Shown: piece after piece, positions 24,576 to 37,785 of the stretch
Numbering within the stretch: position 1 is the stretch's first letter
Layout of the letters: every line of letters begins with the position of its first letter
Assembly (NCBI GenBank): GCA_036172245.1
Contig: JAYWIR010000001.1
Span: 5,022,001-5,086,000 of the forward strand
Reading direction: 5' to 3'
From: Raillietiella orientalis
Lineage: Eukaryota
DNA: 64,000 nucleotides
The notes under the pieces: generated by a model
The model's database searches: none
The model's input: the letters and a program-made list of their open reading frames with translations, nothing else
Told to the model about the DNA's origin: nothing
Translations under genes and position numbers: made by a program

Positions 24576-25019
24576 TCCTGCTTACGGTCCTGTCCTCTCG
24601 CCCAGTGACCACCACGTCTTCCTTGCTGCACCCGAAGAACTGGCTTGCATCTGAACGACTTGCAGTCATCGCTGTCCGATATTTTCTTGACGTTTCTAGA
24701 AACCGATCCAAGCAAAGCCAGGATAGGGTTGGAAAATTCCTGAACCGAACTGTCTAACTGGACGCACGGTCGAACCGTTCGCTGTTCGGATCTTGTGGAA
24801 CCTCCACAACGCTCATAAACGATTTGCTCTTCTTCTCTGGTCTTCTCTTCGTTAAAATTTCGCGACCTCCTCGTCAAATAGTAGCACCTTCCTTCCTATC
24901 CGATCTGGGTGTGTTCCGGAAATCTTCGTTAACTCATATTTGTTTTGGAAGTCTTGCTCTGTTTTTACCCTTCTCCTCCCAAATTAAATCCAAGTCTCCA
25001 GAGAAGAACAAGGAAGTCT

Positions 25020-25790
25020 GAAAATTGTCCTGGGAATGAAATTGGATTCTTGAATTGCTTTCCTGGAAACTCCTCTTGATGTCACTGTTGAGAATCTCCA
25101 ATTCATTTAAGAATCAATTAGTGTTTCGTTGCACATTATCTTCAAGAAACGTTTTCGATCTGTTGAGACCATAATGGATTTCCCAAGTAATACTTCTCTC
25201 CAATCCACTTTAGCACCTTGATGAAACTTTCCTCCTGCCCATGTCTCAAGTTCTCAACTGCTTTCCTCGTTCCTGTAACTTTACATTTTGCGACGTTGTA
25301 GCGCACAAATCTTCCAGCCCTCTTATGCTGGACAGGCTTGAATTCTTGTAGACTTCTCTTCAGAGGTTGTACGGTTGGGACAATTGCGAATAAGCATTCA
25401 TTACTGATATGGAAAAAGACAGATGATTTATGTGCTCTTCCGAGAAGAATGACCTCAAGAAAAACATAGCATCTGAGAGCGTTTATGGAGGTGAGTTCAA
25501 AGAGGATATTATTCAATGGAATCAGCCTCTTTCTGATGGATTTCTCGGATGACGCAAGGGCAGCTGGTTCTCAGCGTGAAATTCTGCACACTCGGAATAT
25601 GGAGTGTCTGTGGATGTGGACTTGACACACTCGATTCATAGAAACACGCTATTGGTGAAACACGAAGGACTCGATTCATAAATTACTCTTTGATGGATGA
25701 TGGATTGGATGATTTTTATGAGCAGATCACAGAAAACGATAAACGGGATGGGACCTTGTCAAAGTTCGGAAGATATGGAAGCAAGTCATC
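25020..25790 (-). mobile_element. Degraded CR1/L2-like RT C-terminal half
   Basis: NFDKVPSRL (AFDKVPH), IKE*FMNRVLRV, YNVAKCKV..EKYYLG..LWSQQIENV (FN..KCKV..KYLG..LxW..HI), SNFIPRTI (SFFPRTI). Confidence 0.6.
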
Positions 25791-27369
25791 AAAGGAGGGG
25801 AATACCCTTTGTTTAAAGAAGTCTGCGGCAGTAGCCAAGTCCTCTGCTTAGTGCCCAGCAAAATCCCGACGGATTCGTCCTATAAATTTTCGGAACAGCG
25901 TCTTCTTTTTCTGGACCTGATTCTGAAAACGGTACAGCTCATCCGAAACAAAGGAAGAGTAGAGTGCGAAATCGAACCTCCGCATCGCGAGGTGACCGGG
26001 TAAAGACCGAAAAATCCAGGGTGCAGCGACGCAAGGCTTGAGGGAGCAGAGGACAACACGCAAATCAATCTCTTGAAGAAGAAAAAAAAAAAAAAAAAAA
26101 AAAACAGAAATCCGTGTCAGTCTACGTTTTTAATTATCCTGATCGCTCGCGTTGCCGGGAGCAACGTGACGCTAATAACGTGTTTGGAAAATTGTTTTGA
26201 TGAATATCCGAGGTGATGGTTCCAGGGTGAGGAGTGAGTGGTTAATGCTCCAGCAAAGCCAAAGAAAAGCTCTTGCTGTATAGCTGCTGCTGGAAGTAAT
26301 CCGAGCAATATCCAGTGAAAGCTCCGGTCGCACGCCGCAGCGACTTTGCCGTAGAAGGAAGCAAACGCTTAGATTATCAATTCGTCTTTGTCACTGCTAA
26401 TGGTGCATCCGAGGCAAAGAGAAAAAAACTGCTGGAATGCTTATCTCGAAAGGGAACCATGCGTATAAATCATCTCTTCCAGGGACATCACTGGAAATAC
26501 GAAATAGTCCCTTCTGAGGAGGACGTCGGATAGGCAGCCGTCGACTATAGTCGCTCCTCCTCAATGCTTCTCCTTTAAGCTGTCAAGCAGTCGTGAAAAG
26601 GAAACCTACGATTTCCACCTGAGAGCAGGACACTGGGCAGGGCGGAGGACATCAGATAGGCGATCGTTCAGCTGGACCCTGTTCGACTAAAAGACCATGA
26701 TGGAAGATTTATCGGTCCCTAGCATCCGCAAAGGCTTGTACCCGATAGATGGATTCGACCACACTTCTCTGTCACAATTTCTTGATGCCTCAGCCGAAAC
26801 AGCCCGACTTTGCTATCGCTGCTGCTCGCTCGAGACTCATAAGAAAACGGGCGATGAGGGAAAGAGACTGAGAAGAGAAAGCAAACCAGAAATACAAATG
26901 AGCAAAAGAATCCCAACTTCGAGTTTAGCAGGACCCCTTTTGTGGAACTGAGTTAGCGATTTCAGGAGCCTCCACTGAGAAACAGTCTTTGTTTCCTTTT
27001 TCTTTGTTTTTTTGTCGTTGCAGACTGAGATAGAGAGGAGACTAGAGTCCCGTGCGCGGCTGAGGAAGATGGGATGACGGCTTCAGTTTCCTGCACTTTC
27101 ATCCAAAGAACGCGATGTGGCGGTCTGCGTTGGTGTGTGTTCCGCAACAGAGACGTCTTCCTGCAGCCGAAACATCGCAACAAATAGCCATGCATACAAC
27201 TGCCTAGCTGGAAATTCGCGATGCCGTCCGAAGAAGTCCGCCGTCCATCTCGCACGAGAAGATGCAACGAAAAAATGAGATGCGCCCGTCTAGGGCCATT
27301 GCTTACACCGAAGATCATCTCCTCTTAGCGAGAGGAATACTTTCCAAACTGAGGATTAGAAATCATTCG

Positions 27370-27720
27370 AATTGAGTGGAACAATGATCGACAATCGTCA
27401 AAGAGCTGATTTCTTGCGGAAATTAAAAGCGAACGGCTCCAGTAGAAGGCACAGCGGCAATCGGGGGTGAGTGAGGAGCACATTGCAATCCGTTTCAAAA
27501 AGCGCACCCAGAACTGTAACCGGAAAAGAAGGTGAATCTGCATCTGCTGATTTTCCTCGATGGACCAAGAGTTGTGGTCGGCTCCACGGGGATGGGAAAG
27601 GTTATGGCTCCCCCTTGGAACATTTTTTCCGTGGCTCGGCGAAATTTTCTCTTTCCCACCGGGATGGCGCAGCGTCCCCCATTCTCGAGGCTGAAAACCC
27701 CGGCAGATCAGAACTCGATT
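27370..27720 (-). mobile_element. Degraded CR1/L2-like RT fragment
   Basis: RGFQPREWGT (GFxPGRST-like) and QLFDDCRSLFHSI (LFADD..LF..I-like) at the end of ORF 27325..28683. Confidence 0.3.
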
Positions 27721-29004
27721 CACTTGGGTGAACCAAGACTCATACCGCTGGCAGGAGACACTGCCTCCTGGAAGACTGCAGGAGGTGGTCCCGTCCGTGC
27801 AATCCGCAAACTCCTCTCGCTCGTAAACCACCCGACCGACTTCCCTCGGACCCCGGCCTCCGGTTCCGCAGTTGGAAGGTCGGCGCAGAATCGGAAGGAA
27901 GAAGCAAGACATTCGCAACGCCAGTGACAGGGCTGCTGCTCTGGAAGCGCCCGCCGAAACCGCCGGCATCTCTCCTTCTCTCCGAAGACCTCCTCTCGGA
28001 GGGCGCAAAGGTCGTTGAAAGGAGTGAAAGACCTCCGAGCGCGGCACAGGGGTGGAAGGGAAAAGCAAAAAAGCACTGCCGGAGGGAAGGGAAAGGGTAG
28101 CGATTCGAGTGCCGCAGAGCGCTCGTGCTTGCTGCGGAGAAGATGCTGCTGCATCCTGCGGAGGTGCTTCCAGACGCACGCTAGGAATGGTTGCAGACTC
28201 CCTCCAAGCGAGCGGCTGAACGATCCCTTTCGGAAAAAGGGAAAGTCCTGAGGTCATCCGGCTGAAAGAGTTTCTCGGATGGTCGCCTCGTCCCACCGGA
28301 GAGCGTTCGGCGACGTGAGCACACTTGCGAGGATGTCTGCGCGCCAGCGACGCAGTCTCGCCGAATGAGATTCCCAGAAGAATTCCGCCTTTCTTCCGCC
28401 CTTCCCTTTCTCCCTTGCGGGCTGGACGTCTCCAAGGAGGTCCTCGGAAGGCAAGGGAGAACAAAGGCTCCGAGTTCCTCTCGAGGGCTGCTGCGATAGG
28501 ACCACCACTGCTTCCACGTCTCTCCTGCTGTGAGGACTGCTGTTCTCTGAGCTTCGTGGATTGAGAGCAGCTCGCTCCTCGATTGGCTTCGGGAAGGGGG
28601 AAGGATTTCCCGGTAGCGCGGGCTTTCTCCTGCCTTCCTGACGCTCTCCATTCCTTAGCTGCTATCCCTTCGGATCCCTCCAAAGCTCGAGGATGGGAAG
28701 GGAGCTAAGGAAAGGAAGGAAGGTGTTCCTTTTTTTTCATTTCATGCTTGACCTCAAATCCGTCAGTCGGGGGCACTATACCCTTCATGGAAGACGTATG
28801 CAGGCGGGAACGCTGGATGGGTCCAAGAAGGACATTGAGAGAGAGGAATGTTTGGAAGGAGTTCTGATGCATCCACCGTCCCTTGGAGTAAACGCACAGG
28901 CGGCGGCAGGAAAGAGGTTCGGTGATCGTCCTCGGATCTGCACGAAGATGAAAGAGACCAATCTGAGGACTGGCCGCGTTCTTGATGTTTATCCCAGCTG
29001 GCCC

Positions 29005-29658
29005 GGGAAGTCAGAAGAGTCCTCCTGCCCTGTGGGTCTTCGAATGGCAGAGGTACTCCAGTGGGCATCATTGTCGTCCAAGCGGCTGGAGATCATGTGA
29101 CCACGGAACTGCCTTGCGTCTCCTACGCTCGGGAGATTCCTCCTCTTCTTCCTCTTCCTTCTCCTTCTACTCCTCCTCAGTCAATCATTCCCTCTCCCTT
29201 ACTCTTCCTTTCGCATTCCTCCCACGTTCCTCCATCCTTCCTTCCTTCCTCCTCCTCTTCTCAAGGCTAAAGGAGAGCCCGAAGAGAAGAGGGTGAGGTA
29301 AGGATTGAGAGAGATCACCTAGAGGGTTGCGCTTCGGGAGCGCCGACGTGTGGGTTAGTGGAGGACTTCACCGGTACTGGAAGGCTTGTAGGGTGGTAGT
29401 TCTGAGGCTGAGAACGCGAGTGCTACCGCCGCTTCGCCGTTCTTACTTGAGAACTGGTCTTGACGTTTATCTTAGCCGGTGCGGGTCCCTGTACGCTCGC
29501 TTCCCTTCCCCTGCTGGCTTTCGCCTCGAGCCGCCGAGGTGCATGTGCCATCTGGTTCCCTTGGAGACGGGCGCTTCCAAGGGAATGGAGCAGCTGCCGA
29601 GGAAAGAGGGGATCGAAAGAGGGCGCTTTTTCTAGGAATATGGGGGCGGAAGCCGCTC
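29005..29658 (+). repeat. Long inverted repeat, left arm (654 bp)
   Basis: Reverse complement of 30159-30812. Only one mismatch seen (29011). ORFs 29327..29635(+) and 30182..30490(-) translate identically. Confidence 0.97.
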
Positions 29659-30158
29659 TGGATCGAGAGCTTTCTTTGCATCCAGGGATCTCGCCGGTCC
29701 TCGGGCTATAGAGCCGTGCACGAACGCCCAGGCCGAAGCCACGAAGCACCCGGGGTGTCGGGAAAGGGTCTGGAAGGGCTCCTGCCCAATCGCTCCTGAG
29801 GGCGAACGACGAGTCCCCCCGGTCACGTCTTCGGTGATCTCGGGAGGCAAGACGGCTGGGGACGACGGCGAACGTTGTTTTCGAGGGAACAGCAAGTCCT
29901 TGGGGAAAATGGAGTTGTGGAAAAGAAAGAGGAAGATTAAGCAGGGATCGTTCCCGGAAGGAGTTCCTGGACCAGTTGCTCCGCATGTCTGGATTTTAGC
30001 ATCTCTGCGTCCACGAAAGAACTGACATCATCTCCGATCCTTGGGTCATTCTTTGTTAGGAAATTACTAGGAAGAAAGGAGGAATCAGCTGGTGGTGCTG
30101 CCCACCCCCCCCCACGGATAAACACCTCAGGTACCTTTCGGAAATTTCTCTCGAACTT

Positions 30159-30812
30159 GAGCGGCTTCCGCCCCCATATTCCTAGAAAAAGCGCCCTCTT
30201 TCGATCCCCTCTTTCCTCGGCAGCTGCTCCATTCCCTTGGAAGCGCCCGTCTCCAAGGGAACCAGATGGCACATGCACCTCGGCGGCTCGAGGCGAAAGC
30301 CAGCAGGGGAAGGGAAGCGAGCGTACAGGGACCCGCACCGGCTAAGATAAACGTCAAGACCAGTTCTCAAGTAAGAACGGCGAAGCGGCGGTAGCACTCG
30401 CGTTCTCAGCCTCAGAACTACCACCCTACAAGCCTTCCAGTACCGGTGAAGTCCTCCACTAACCCACACGTCGGCGCTCCCGAAGCGCAACCCTCTAGGT
30501 GATCTCTCTCAATCCTTACCTCACCCTCTTCTCTTCGGGCTCTCCTTTAGCCTTGAGAAGAGGAGGAGGAAGGAAGGAAGGATGGAGGAACGTGGGAGGA
30601 ATGCGAAAGGAAGAGTAAGGGAGAGGGAATGATTGACTGAGGAGGAGTAGAAGGAGAAGGAAGAGGAAGAAGAGGAGGAATCTCCCGAGCGTAGGAGACG
30701 CAAGGCAGTTCCGTGGTCACATGATCTCCAGCCGCTTGGACGACAATGATGCCCACTGGAGTACCTCTGCCATTCGAAGACCCACAGGGCAGGAGGACTC
30801 TTCTGGCTTCCC
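30159..30812 (-). repeat. Long inverted repeat, right arm (654 bp); 500-bp spacer 29659-30158
   Basis: Reverse complement of 29005-29658. Confidence 0.97.
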
Positions 30813-33800
30813 ATAATCCATTCATCCCTTAGAGGGATCCCGGTTTCCCCCCCGTCCGTATTCCTTTCCGTCTCCTCCTGTTCCTCTCGTGGTCACTCTT
30901 CTGATGGAAGGATTATCCCGGGAACAATGCGGTTCCTCCTCCTGCTTTAAAAAAATGTTCGGGAAGGGGGTGCCACCGGGAACGACTCCATCTCTGTCCT
31001 CGTTGCGTTGTACATGGGGGATGCTGCGTCGCCCGCCTCCACACGACGGGAATCCCGTCTTGATAGGTTCTATAAGGACCTGAGGATGCTTGATTGCTGC
31101 TCGCAAGAATGCTGCCCCTTCACCACAGCACACTCGCGAGCAGCGACAGCTGCCGAGGGACGGGAGAGGATGGCGGAAGAGATGAAGATGATTCGGGGAT
31201 GCTCTAAGCCGCCGGGGGAGGCAGCTACCCGTAAAGAAAGTGAGAGTGGGATCCAGAGGTGGGGGAGGGGAGAAAGGAGGGGAGTATGGGCGAAGCGTGA
31301 TGAATGGGGGCGATCGGAAGCTGGAATAATTGATGGACCCGGATGAAGCTCACATGATGGATGGATCCGAGCTCCACGAAGGAGCAGTCATTAACAGATC
31401 TCCTGGGGGCAGGAGGAGGGGGGAAGAGGCGGAGGCCGCGTGGACGAGGAAGAGGATGAGAGAGGTTGCTGGAGGCGGCCGCACGGTCCGCCCTCGCCTC
31501 TTCCCTCGCCCGATCGAAGGGTAAGGAGGGACGCCGTCTCAGCCGCTGCCTCCAACGGAAGTGCCCCAGGGATGGGCGGTAGGGGGAGGAGAAGGAGGAA
31601 GGCCATGGAACCACGCCCTCTCCCTTCCTCGACGGACGTTGCGAAGCAGCAGCGGTCTTTGGGGTGGGCTGTGAGGACGACGGGCATTCCGAAGAAGATA
31701 GGGAGGAAGAACAGAGGACCACAGCGCTCCTTCGCATGCAGGAGGAATCATTGGGCAGGGAAGGGAGAGACGGAGGGCAGCAGAGAGACCGATTCCACTC
31801 TTATCCCAACCCTGACCCTCGCCCAGCCGCTGATCCGGGCCTAGAATTGGGCCAGCGACATTTCCTCACGGCGAGCTCTGGAGCTCGGAAGGACATCCAC
31901 CCAAAGCAAAGGGGATGCGGGGACGTAGGAAGGGGCCACTCGATTCCTCGGACCTACCACGACGGCCGGCGGAGGGGTGCTTCGAGGCCGGCAGTGGGAG
32001 AAACAGGGAGGGAAAGGGCAGCCGTCCCCAGGAAACACGGTAGGGTCTACTCGGGATCCGCGCGAGCTGGTGTAAAGCCGGGCAGGACCCTTGCACGGCG
32101 TCAGCTCCACGATAATCCCCTGAGAGAGGAACTGAAAAGAGATCGAAGGGTTTTCCTCCACACACACACTCCCGTGGCGAATGGGCAGCGAAAGGAGAAT
32201 AGGAAGCGCGTGTTCCCGTGTACGCCAAGTGCTTCCCCTCCTCTTCCCGCCGCTCCTAGCCAGGCTGCCGCAGGGACGCGTCCCGCCTACTCGAAGAGAG
32301 GACTCGGTGCGTCATCCCACCTGTCCCTCGTGATGACTCGGGAGCAGGGAGAGAGGCCACAGGACACAAGACCACCCGTCTCCCCACCCTCTGCGCCTTT
32401 GCTCTTCCCGACTTCCTTCGGCAGACATAACCTCGATCCGGCGTGCCCGGAGGAGGCGGCAATGGTCGCTACGCAGTCCCACAGGTCTACCCCTGGAGGC
32501 CGGGTTGCGGAATCATGGCTGGCGTGCTCCGATGCTCCAAGCATGCGCGGTCATTAAGCATACAGACAGCCCCTTCCTCTCTGCTGGAAGCGCGGACGAA
32601 AGGTCGGGGATCCCTCTGGTGTACGGCGGCCGACAGGTCACGGTCTACGCCTGGAGCACGAGAGCGCGACGTAGCTTCCCTAGTCCGGAAGAGCCACTTC
32701 CTGTCTACCACCAACCCGAGAAAGGCTCCCTTCCGGGGCTGTGGAGCTTCGGAATCCGAGGACGCAGACTCGTGCGTCTACGGCAGCATCTCTTGGAGCC
32801 CTCCGATGGAGAGTCTGCCCTGTAGAGGCAGATGGACAACCTCCCTGTCTCCGGAGCAGCACAGCTCCGCCTGGGCAGGGCGGACTCCACCCGAGAGCTG
32901 CAGCGCAGGGCGACCCAGGGACACGCCGGCGGTCCCTCCCTGGGGTCGGCGTCGCCGCGAGGCGTGAGGACGAGCGGGAGCGGAACCATCCCGAACCTCC
33001 TGGCTGGTCCTGCGGGGCCCTGCGTTCGCGTTGGGAGCACCCACGGCAAAGACCTCGTGAGCGCAGCGATCTTCCTTAACCTTCGACTGGAGCAGCAGCA
33101 GCCATTTGAGCTGCGGCAGGTCTCCCCAAGACCCGCTGCTGGTGCCCGCCGGATGCGGCCGGCTGGCCGTCCTCCTCCTCTCGGTCAAATCCTCTCGCCG
33201 CGGTGAGCGCCAAGGTAACCTCACCTGGCTCAAGCAGCAAGAGGAGTCATCGACTGCGTGGGGCCAGCACTTATGGTCAGAATTGCCGACTCCTAGCGAT
33301 CATTCCCTATTCTGATTCTTTTCGCCTATTTGCTATCCTGTTTCTCGGACCTCTCCCCCAAACCAGCTACATGATAGACAAGAGCCCCGCCCTGTGTAAC
33401 ATCCTTGCATGGACTCAGTCCCTATGGTGTATGTTTACTTATATACCGCATGCAGATACTCCGAGGCAACCAAGTGAAAAACGTGTACCGGAGGCCACGT
33501 TTCTCTTCCCGGAATAGACGGTCCTCGGGGGAAGGAAGGACCAGGTCCGCCCTAGCGCGAAGCAGCGGAGTGAATGACGTCGCTCCCGTTCTTCCTTGAT
33601 ACTGCTCCTCGTCGGAGTTTCCTGGAACTCTGGAGAAGATAGAAGGACGCGAAAATCCTGGCCCTCCGTCGAGTAGGGCTACTTCCGCTCGAATCCAGAA
33701 CACCCTACTGCCTTTCACGATGGCGTCTGGTGCAGGAACAGAGGAAGACGAATCTTCTGCAAGAGCTTCCTCCGCAGAAGTGTCGTGGAAACCCTCAAGA

Positions 33801-35139
33801 GAAGCTTGGAATGACCAGGTTATCATTGGGTAGTCATGAAGAGCGCGGTAGGCGAGCTGAGCGGCTATGAACCAAGCCAGCGAGACGCGCCAACCCCTCG
33901 GAATCCCCTACGATCTTTGACGGAGGTGGATGAGCGGAAACAAGGGCTGATGTTTGCCTCCCCTTCTCCTTATGTGTTTCCCCGCTTCCGGGAGCCGAAA
34001 GCCCTGCGTTCGGCAGGCGAGCTGACCAAAGTCCTCTGGCAGCAAAACACTCCGCACAACAGGCGCGGCGAGGTTCCGCAAAGGAAAACGTCAGGATGCT
34101 GGCGGTCCCATCCACCTGTATCCTGCGGATCCCATCCCGTGTTTTCTTCGCGCCTCTCGTCCACTCCAAGCTCACTCCGTCCTGTTTCTTCAGCAGCGAC
34201 GAGGGGAGCAGCGCCCAAGAAGCGGCTCCTTCCGGTCGATGATTCTGAGGGACGGGGTCTGATCTTCATCAGGAGCTCGAGCTGTCGCAGAGCAGGGCTA
34301 AGGGCAAGAGAGCGAGGAAGAGGGACCCCTTTGCGAGAGGCAGGTTTTCGTGGGCGGAGGCCCTCATAAGCATCAGGGGAACGAGCGCACCGGAATCCCT
34401 GGGATCGATGGCCTGCGGGCGAGTCCCCTCGCCACGGAGGAAGTCATTGCGACAGCATCTCCACGGATGCCGGGAGACTCCAAGACGAGAAAGACCTCGT
34501 CGGAGAGCAAAGCGAAAGCAGAGGAGCCGTCATCCTTCAGGAGAGTACGGACGAAAGAGTGTCCGCTTCCTGGAAGCACTCCGATCAGTCGGACCGGGAT
34601 GCTCGTCGAAATTCCCAGCTTGCTGTCCTCCCAACCACGCTCGTGAGACGAGTGCCAAGCTGTGCTCCAAACGTGCTGTCCTAGTGACGCTGTATTCTCC
34701 TTCTGCTTGACCTCGAGCGCATCTCTTCATCGATCGCGGCTGGCGAGCAGCAGTGGATGCGGGAGGAGGAAGAGAGGATGATAAGGAGGAGCCTCCTTTG
34801 CCTTCACGCTTCCGGGGTCGGCTGGAGCTCGGAAAGGATGCAAAGCCCAGGGACATCTTCTGCCCCAAGAACGAACGCGATCTGCCAGTAGCAGCCTTGG
34901 GATCACTCGACAAGGAGTTTGGGAAGAGGGAAGGTAGAGAGTCGCGCTCCGGGAGGTGAGGGGTCAAAAAGTGTGTTTGGGAATGGGAACGCTGCGCTTC
35001 TGCGAAAGGGCACTCAGGTGTCAATCTATGGTGGATGTCGGGATAGAAGCTCAACCCAGACACGGTGAAGGGAGAACGCCACCTGACACCTGCAGGCACG
35101 CCACAGCGGCCTTTCACAAGCCCGAAAACCCGTCGTGTC

Positions 35140-35610
35140 CTCGGGGGACCCTCCATCGAGTACCATGGAGTTGGCTGATACCTCCCTCGTGGGGTCGCCT
35201 CTTCAGATAAATTTGGAGGCGTCCCTTCGGAGTTCTCTTCAGGGGAGGAAACTAGGAGGTTTTCCTGAGGGTTCCCGCCGGAGAAGTAATGAGGAGTATC
35301 TCCCCCCCCCCTCCGGGGGAAAGAGGAAGAGCAGAGGAGGAAGAGAAGTCCTCAGGGAGAATAAAGAAGAGGTGCTTCCCTTCAGGGTTCCCTTTGGAGA
35401 CAACCATTGCGAGGGTCCCTTCGGGGCTCCCTCCCAACAATAAAAGGAACGGTCTTCCTCTGGAGCCTTCTTGAATTCATGGGATAGCTCCCTTCCACGG
35501 TCCTCCCTCCAAATTGAAGAGTTCCAAGCACCCTCGGGTGGTGTGGACAGCGCCAAAGAGCTCGGCGAGCCTCCCTCTAAAGAGGCGAATGGTTCTGGAG
35601 TACTTAGCGA
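35140..35610. repeat. Dispersed structured repeat family, copy 2
   Basis: atggagttggctgatac..gtcccttcggagttctcttcag..aggaacggtcttcctctggagccttcttgaattcat..gcaccctcggg..gaatggttctggagtacttagcga aligns with copies 1, 3 and 4. Confidence 0.8.
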
Positions 35611-37442
35611 CTATAATGACAATGACGGCGACTATGACGACGGCGAAGGTGATGACCATGAGGAGGAAGGCAGGAGGAGGAGAGTTTTTTAAGAGCGCGG
35701 ATCCTCTCTGTATTAGCGAAGCCTATGAAGAGCGCTTCTTGCGGCAACTCCTACTTCTGGGAGTGGCTCCGCCTTCCTTCAGCCTGAGATGCTGACGCCG
35801 AGTGACGAAGGACGCCATCAGGTGTGGATGGCAGAGTGCACTCCGAAGCGACCTGCGAGCGACCCTCTAGACCACGTCCCCCTGCTCACCTAGCAGTCGC
35901 TTCCGCATCGAGTGCTGCTGCAGAGGCCGCCACAAGAGCCTTCCCACTGATCGTGTCGGGTTCGCCTAGGCTGCAGGGACGTTTCGCGAATGCCGCAACG
36001 GCGGCTGCACCTGGGAACACCTGCTAGGCTCATTCCCGGGGACGCCAAATTTCCATCCCCTTCCCCATCCCGTGGATGCTGCACGTAGGAGCCTTCCGCA
36101 AAAAAAACCTCGAAGAGAAGTGCCGGAGAGCTCCCCAGCGTGAAATAGCCCGGCGTGCGCGAGGAACGCGAGGGGCGGGGGACACGCGACCAGCGCCTTG
36201 CGTGTCAGCCCGGAAGCTCTCCAAAAAATCCCTGGATGCAGAGCACCGCCCAAGTTGGGCATCCATAGAAAAAAAAAGAAAAAAGGAGGGGGCGAAGCGG
36301 AAGTGTCGCCAAGAAGACAAACCGTCCCCATCCCTTAGGAAAGAGTCCCGCTGTGAGATAGGCAGGAAGATTGCGATCCCACGCGTGCCCCGGGGGATGC
36401 ACGGCATCAGGGGAGAAAAAGTTATTGCATTTTCTCTCCCTCTCTCCTTTTTTTTTTCCCTTTTTCCAGTGCACTCTGGATGACGGCAGGAACGCAGGAA
36501 GTTCCATTGCTTCCCGTTCTACCGCCCCGGTGTGCAGCTGCGAAAACCAAGGCGCGCCCTCTCTCCTGCAATCACCAGGAAGAGGTCGCGCGCGCCTCCC
36601 CCAAGAAGGTGGCGCCACGCCTGCAGGCCCCTTCGGGACGCAAGGTGAGGGGAACCTCAGAACAAACGCGACGTCCTCCCCAGCTCCCCACAAAGCGAGA
36701 CTTCGAAGCATCCACCTAGAGGTCGCGGCCTGACAGCTTGCGGCTCGAGAGAGACTTTTCACCAGCATACCCGCCATTTTCTGCATTGATCGCACCACCA
36801 CGCGGGCACCTGGACGATCGGTCCCGAGCTCTCCATCCACCGTCGGCTATCTCTGGCCGTGTTCCGGACGGCGGCATCCCTCATCCCAAGGATTACACGC
36901 GGCGTGGGTCAGGCCTCACTTTTAATCCCACCCCCCCTTCCTTCCACCCGTGCGGCGAGCTGGAACAACAGATCGAGATGGGCGGGTCCTGGATGGGGGG
37001 AACGCAGGAGGAGGACGAGGAGGAGGAAGGCGTGATTTTTTCCGCCCTCCGAAACACAATATCCAGCAGGTGCATCCCTTGTCCTGCAACCCGAGATGAA
37101 AGCGCGCTCTTTTCCTCCGGATCTCGTGTTTCTGCATCTGTGACGTTGATTTTTCTCACGATCGGCCTCATCCGATGCTTTCCGCAAGAGAGAAACCCAC
37201 GACGTCTGCAAAGTGCGCCTCTGATGTCTTCCCAGAAGGGAAGCCACTTTTTGGCACGCTTCTTGGCAGCCTCTCTCAGCGTGCAGGCACCACGGGAGAT
37301 GGCACTCCAAAAATCTGGAATTTCTTCCAGCATTCGATGGTCGGACCACCCTGAATAAGATTTTGTGAAGCAACCTTCTAGAACAAGAAGACCACACCAT
37401 CGACAGCAACCTTTTCTGATCCTTCTCTGAGATGTTTTATCC

Positions 37443-37590
37443 TGAGCTTCACATCCCTGACTAATCCGATTCACCTTCTTCTACCAGCTTCACATAGCCT
37501 TCGACCAGTAGCTAGGGAACCGACTCGTCTTCTTCCACCAGCATCACATCCTTAGAGATCATTCTCCTTCTTCAAGCAGCTTCATATCTC
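37443..37590. repeat. Degenerate short repeat cluster
   Basis: Motif cttcttcyaccagcttcacat recurs ~4 times (~37445, 37474, 37529, 37566). Confidence 0.65.
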
Positions 37591-37659
37591 TCTAATGGTC
37601 GATATGATAGGACATCGTACACACTTCGGAAATGTGGGTACTCATTCAAGCAAAAAAAT

Positions 37660-37785
37660 GCAGCTTAGGATGATCAGCTTGTTTTATTTGATATCTGAAG
37701 ATGACCTCATCGGCATCATTTACAGATGGTTGAAGTCGAATCATTTCCAGATGGATGTCCTCATTGTACGAAAGGACGCAGTCTC
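37660..37785 (+). mobile_element. RTE-like RT fragment
   Basis: A*DDQLVL then (frameshift) SEDDLIGIIYRWLKSNHFQMDV..KTQ resembles RTE ADDQV...SEDDLQ...Y.M.I...KTK. Confidence 0.5.

Noticed and set aside
27325-28683. Longest ORF (452 aa) as a protein-coding gene
   Set aside because: R/S/G/A-rich composition typical of chance GC-rich frames; only its C-terminal part shows degraded RT-like motifs; no coherent domain.
36500-37350. R1-like RT/linker on minus strand; similar faint hits at 14700-15060, 32900-33130, 41970-42370, 48850-49120 and 50170-50600
   Set aside because: Similarity too weak to separate from pattern over-reading.
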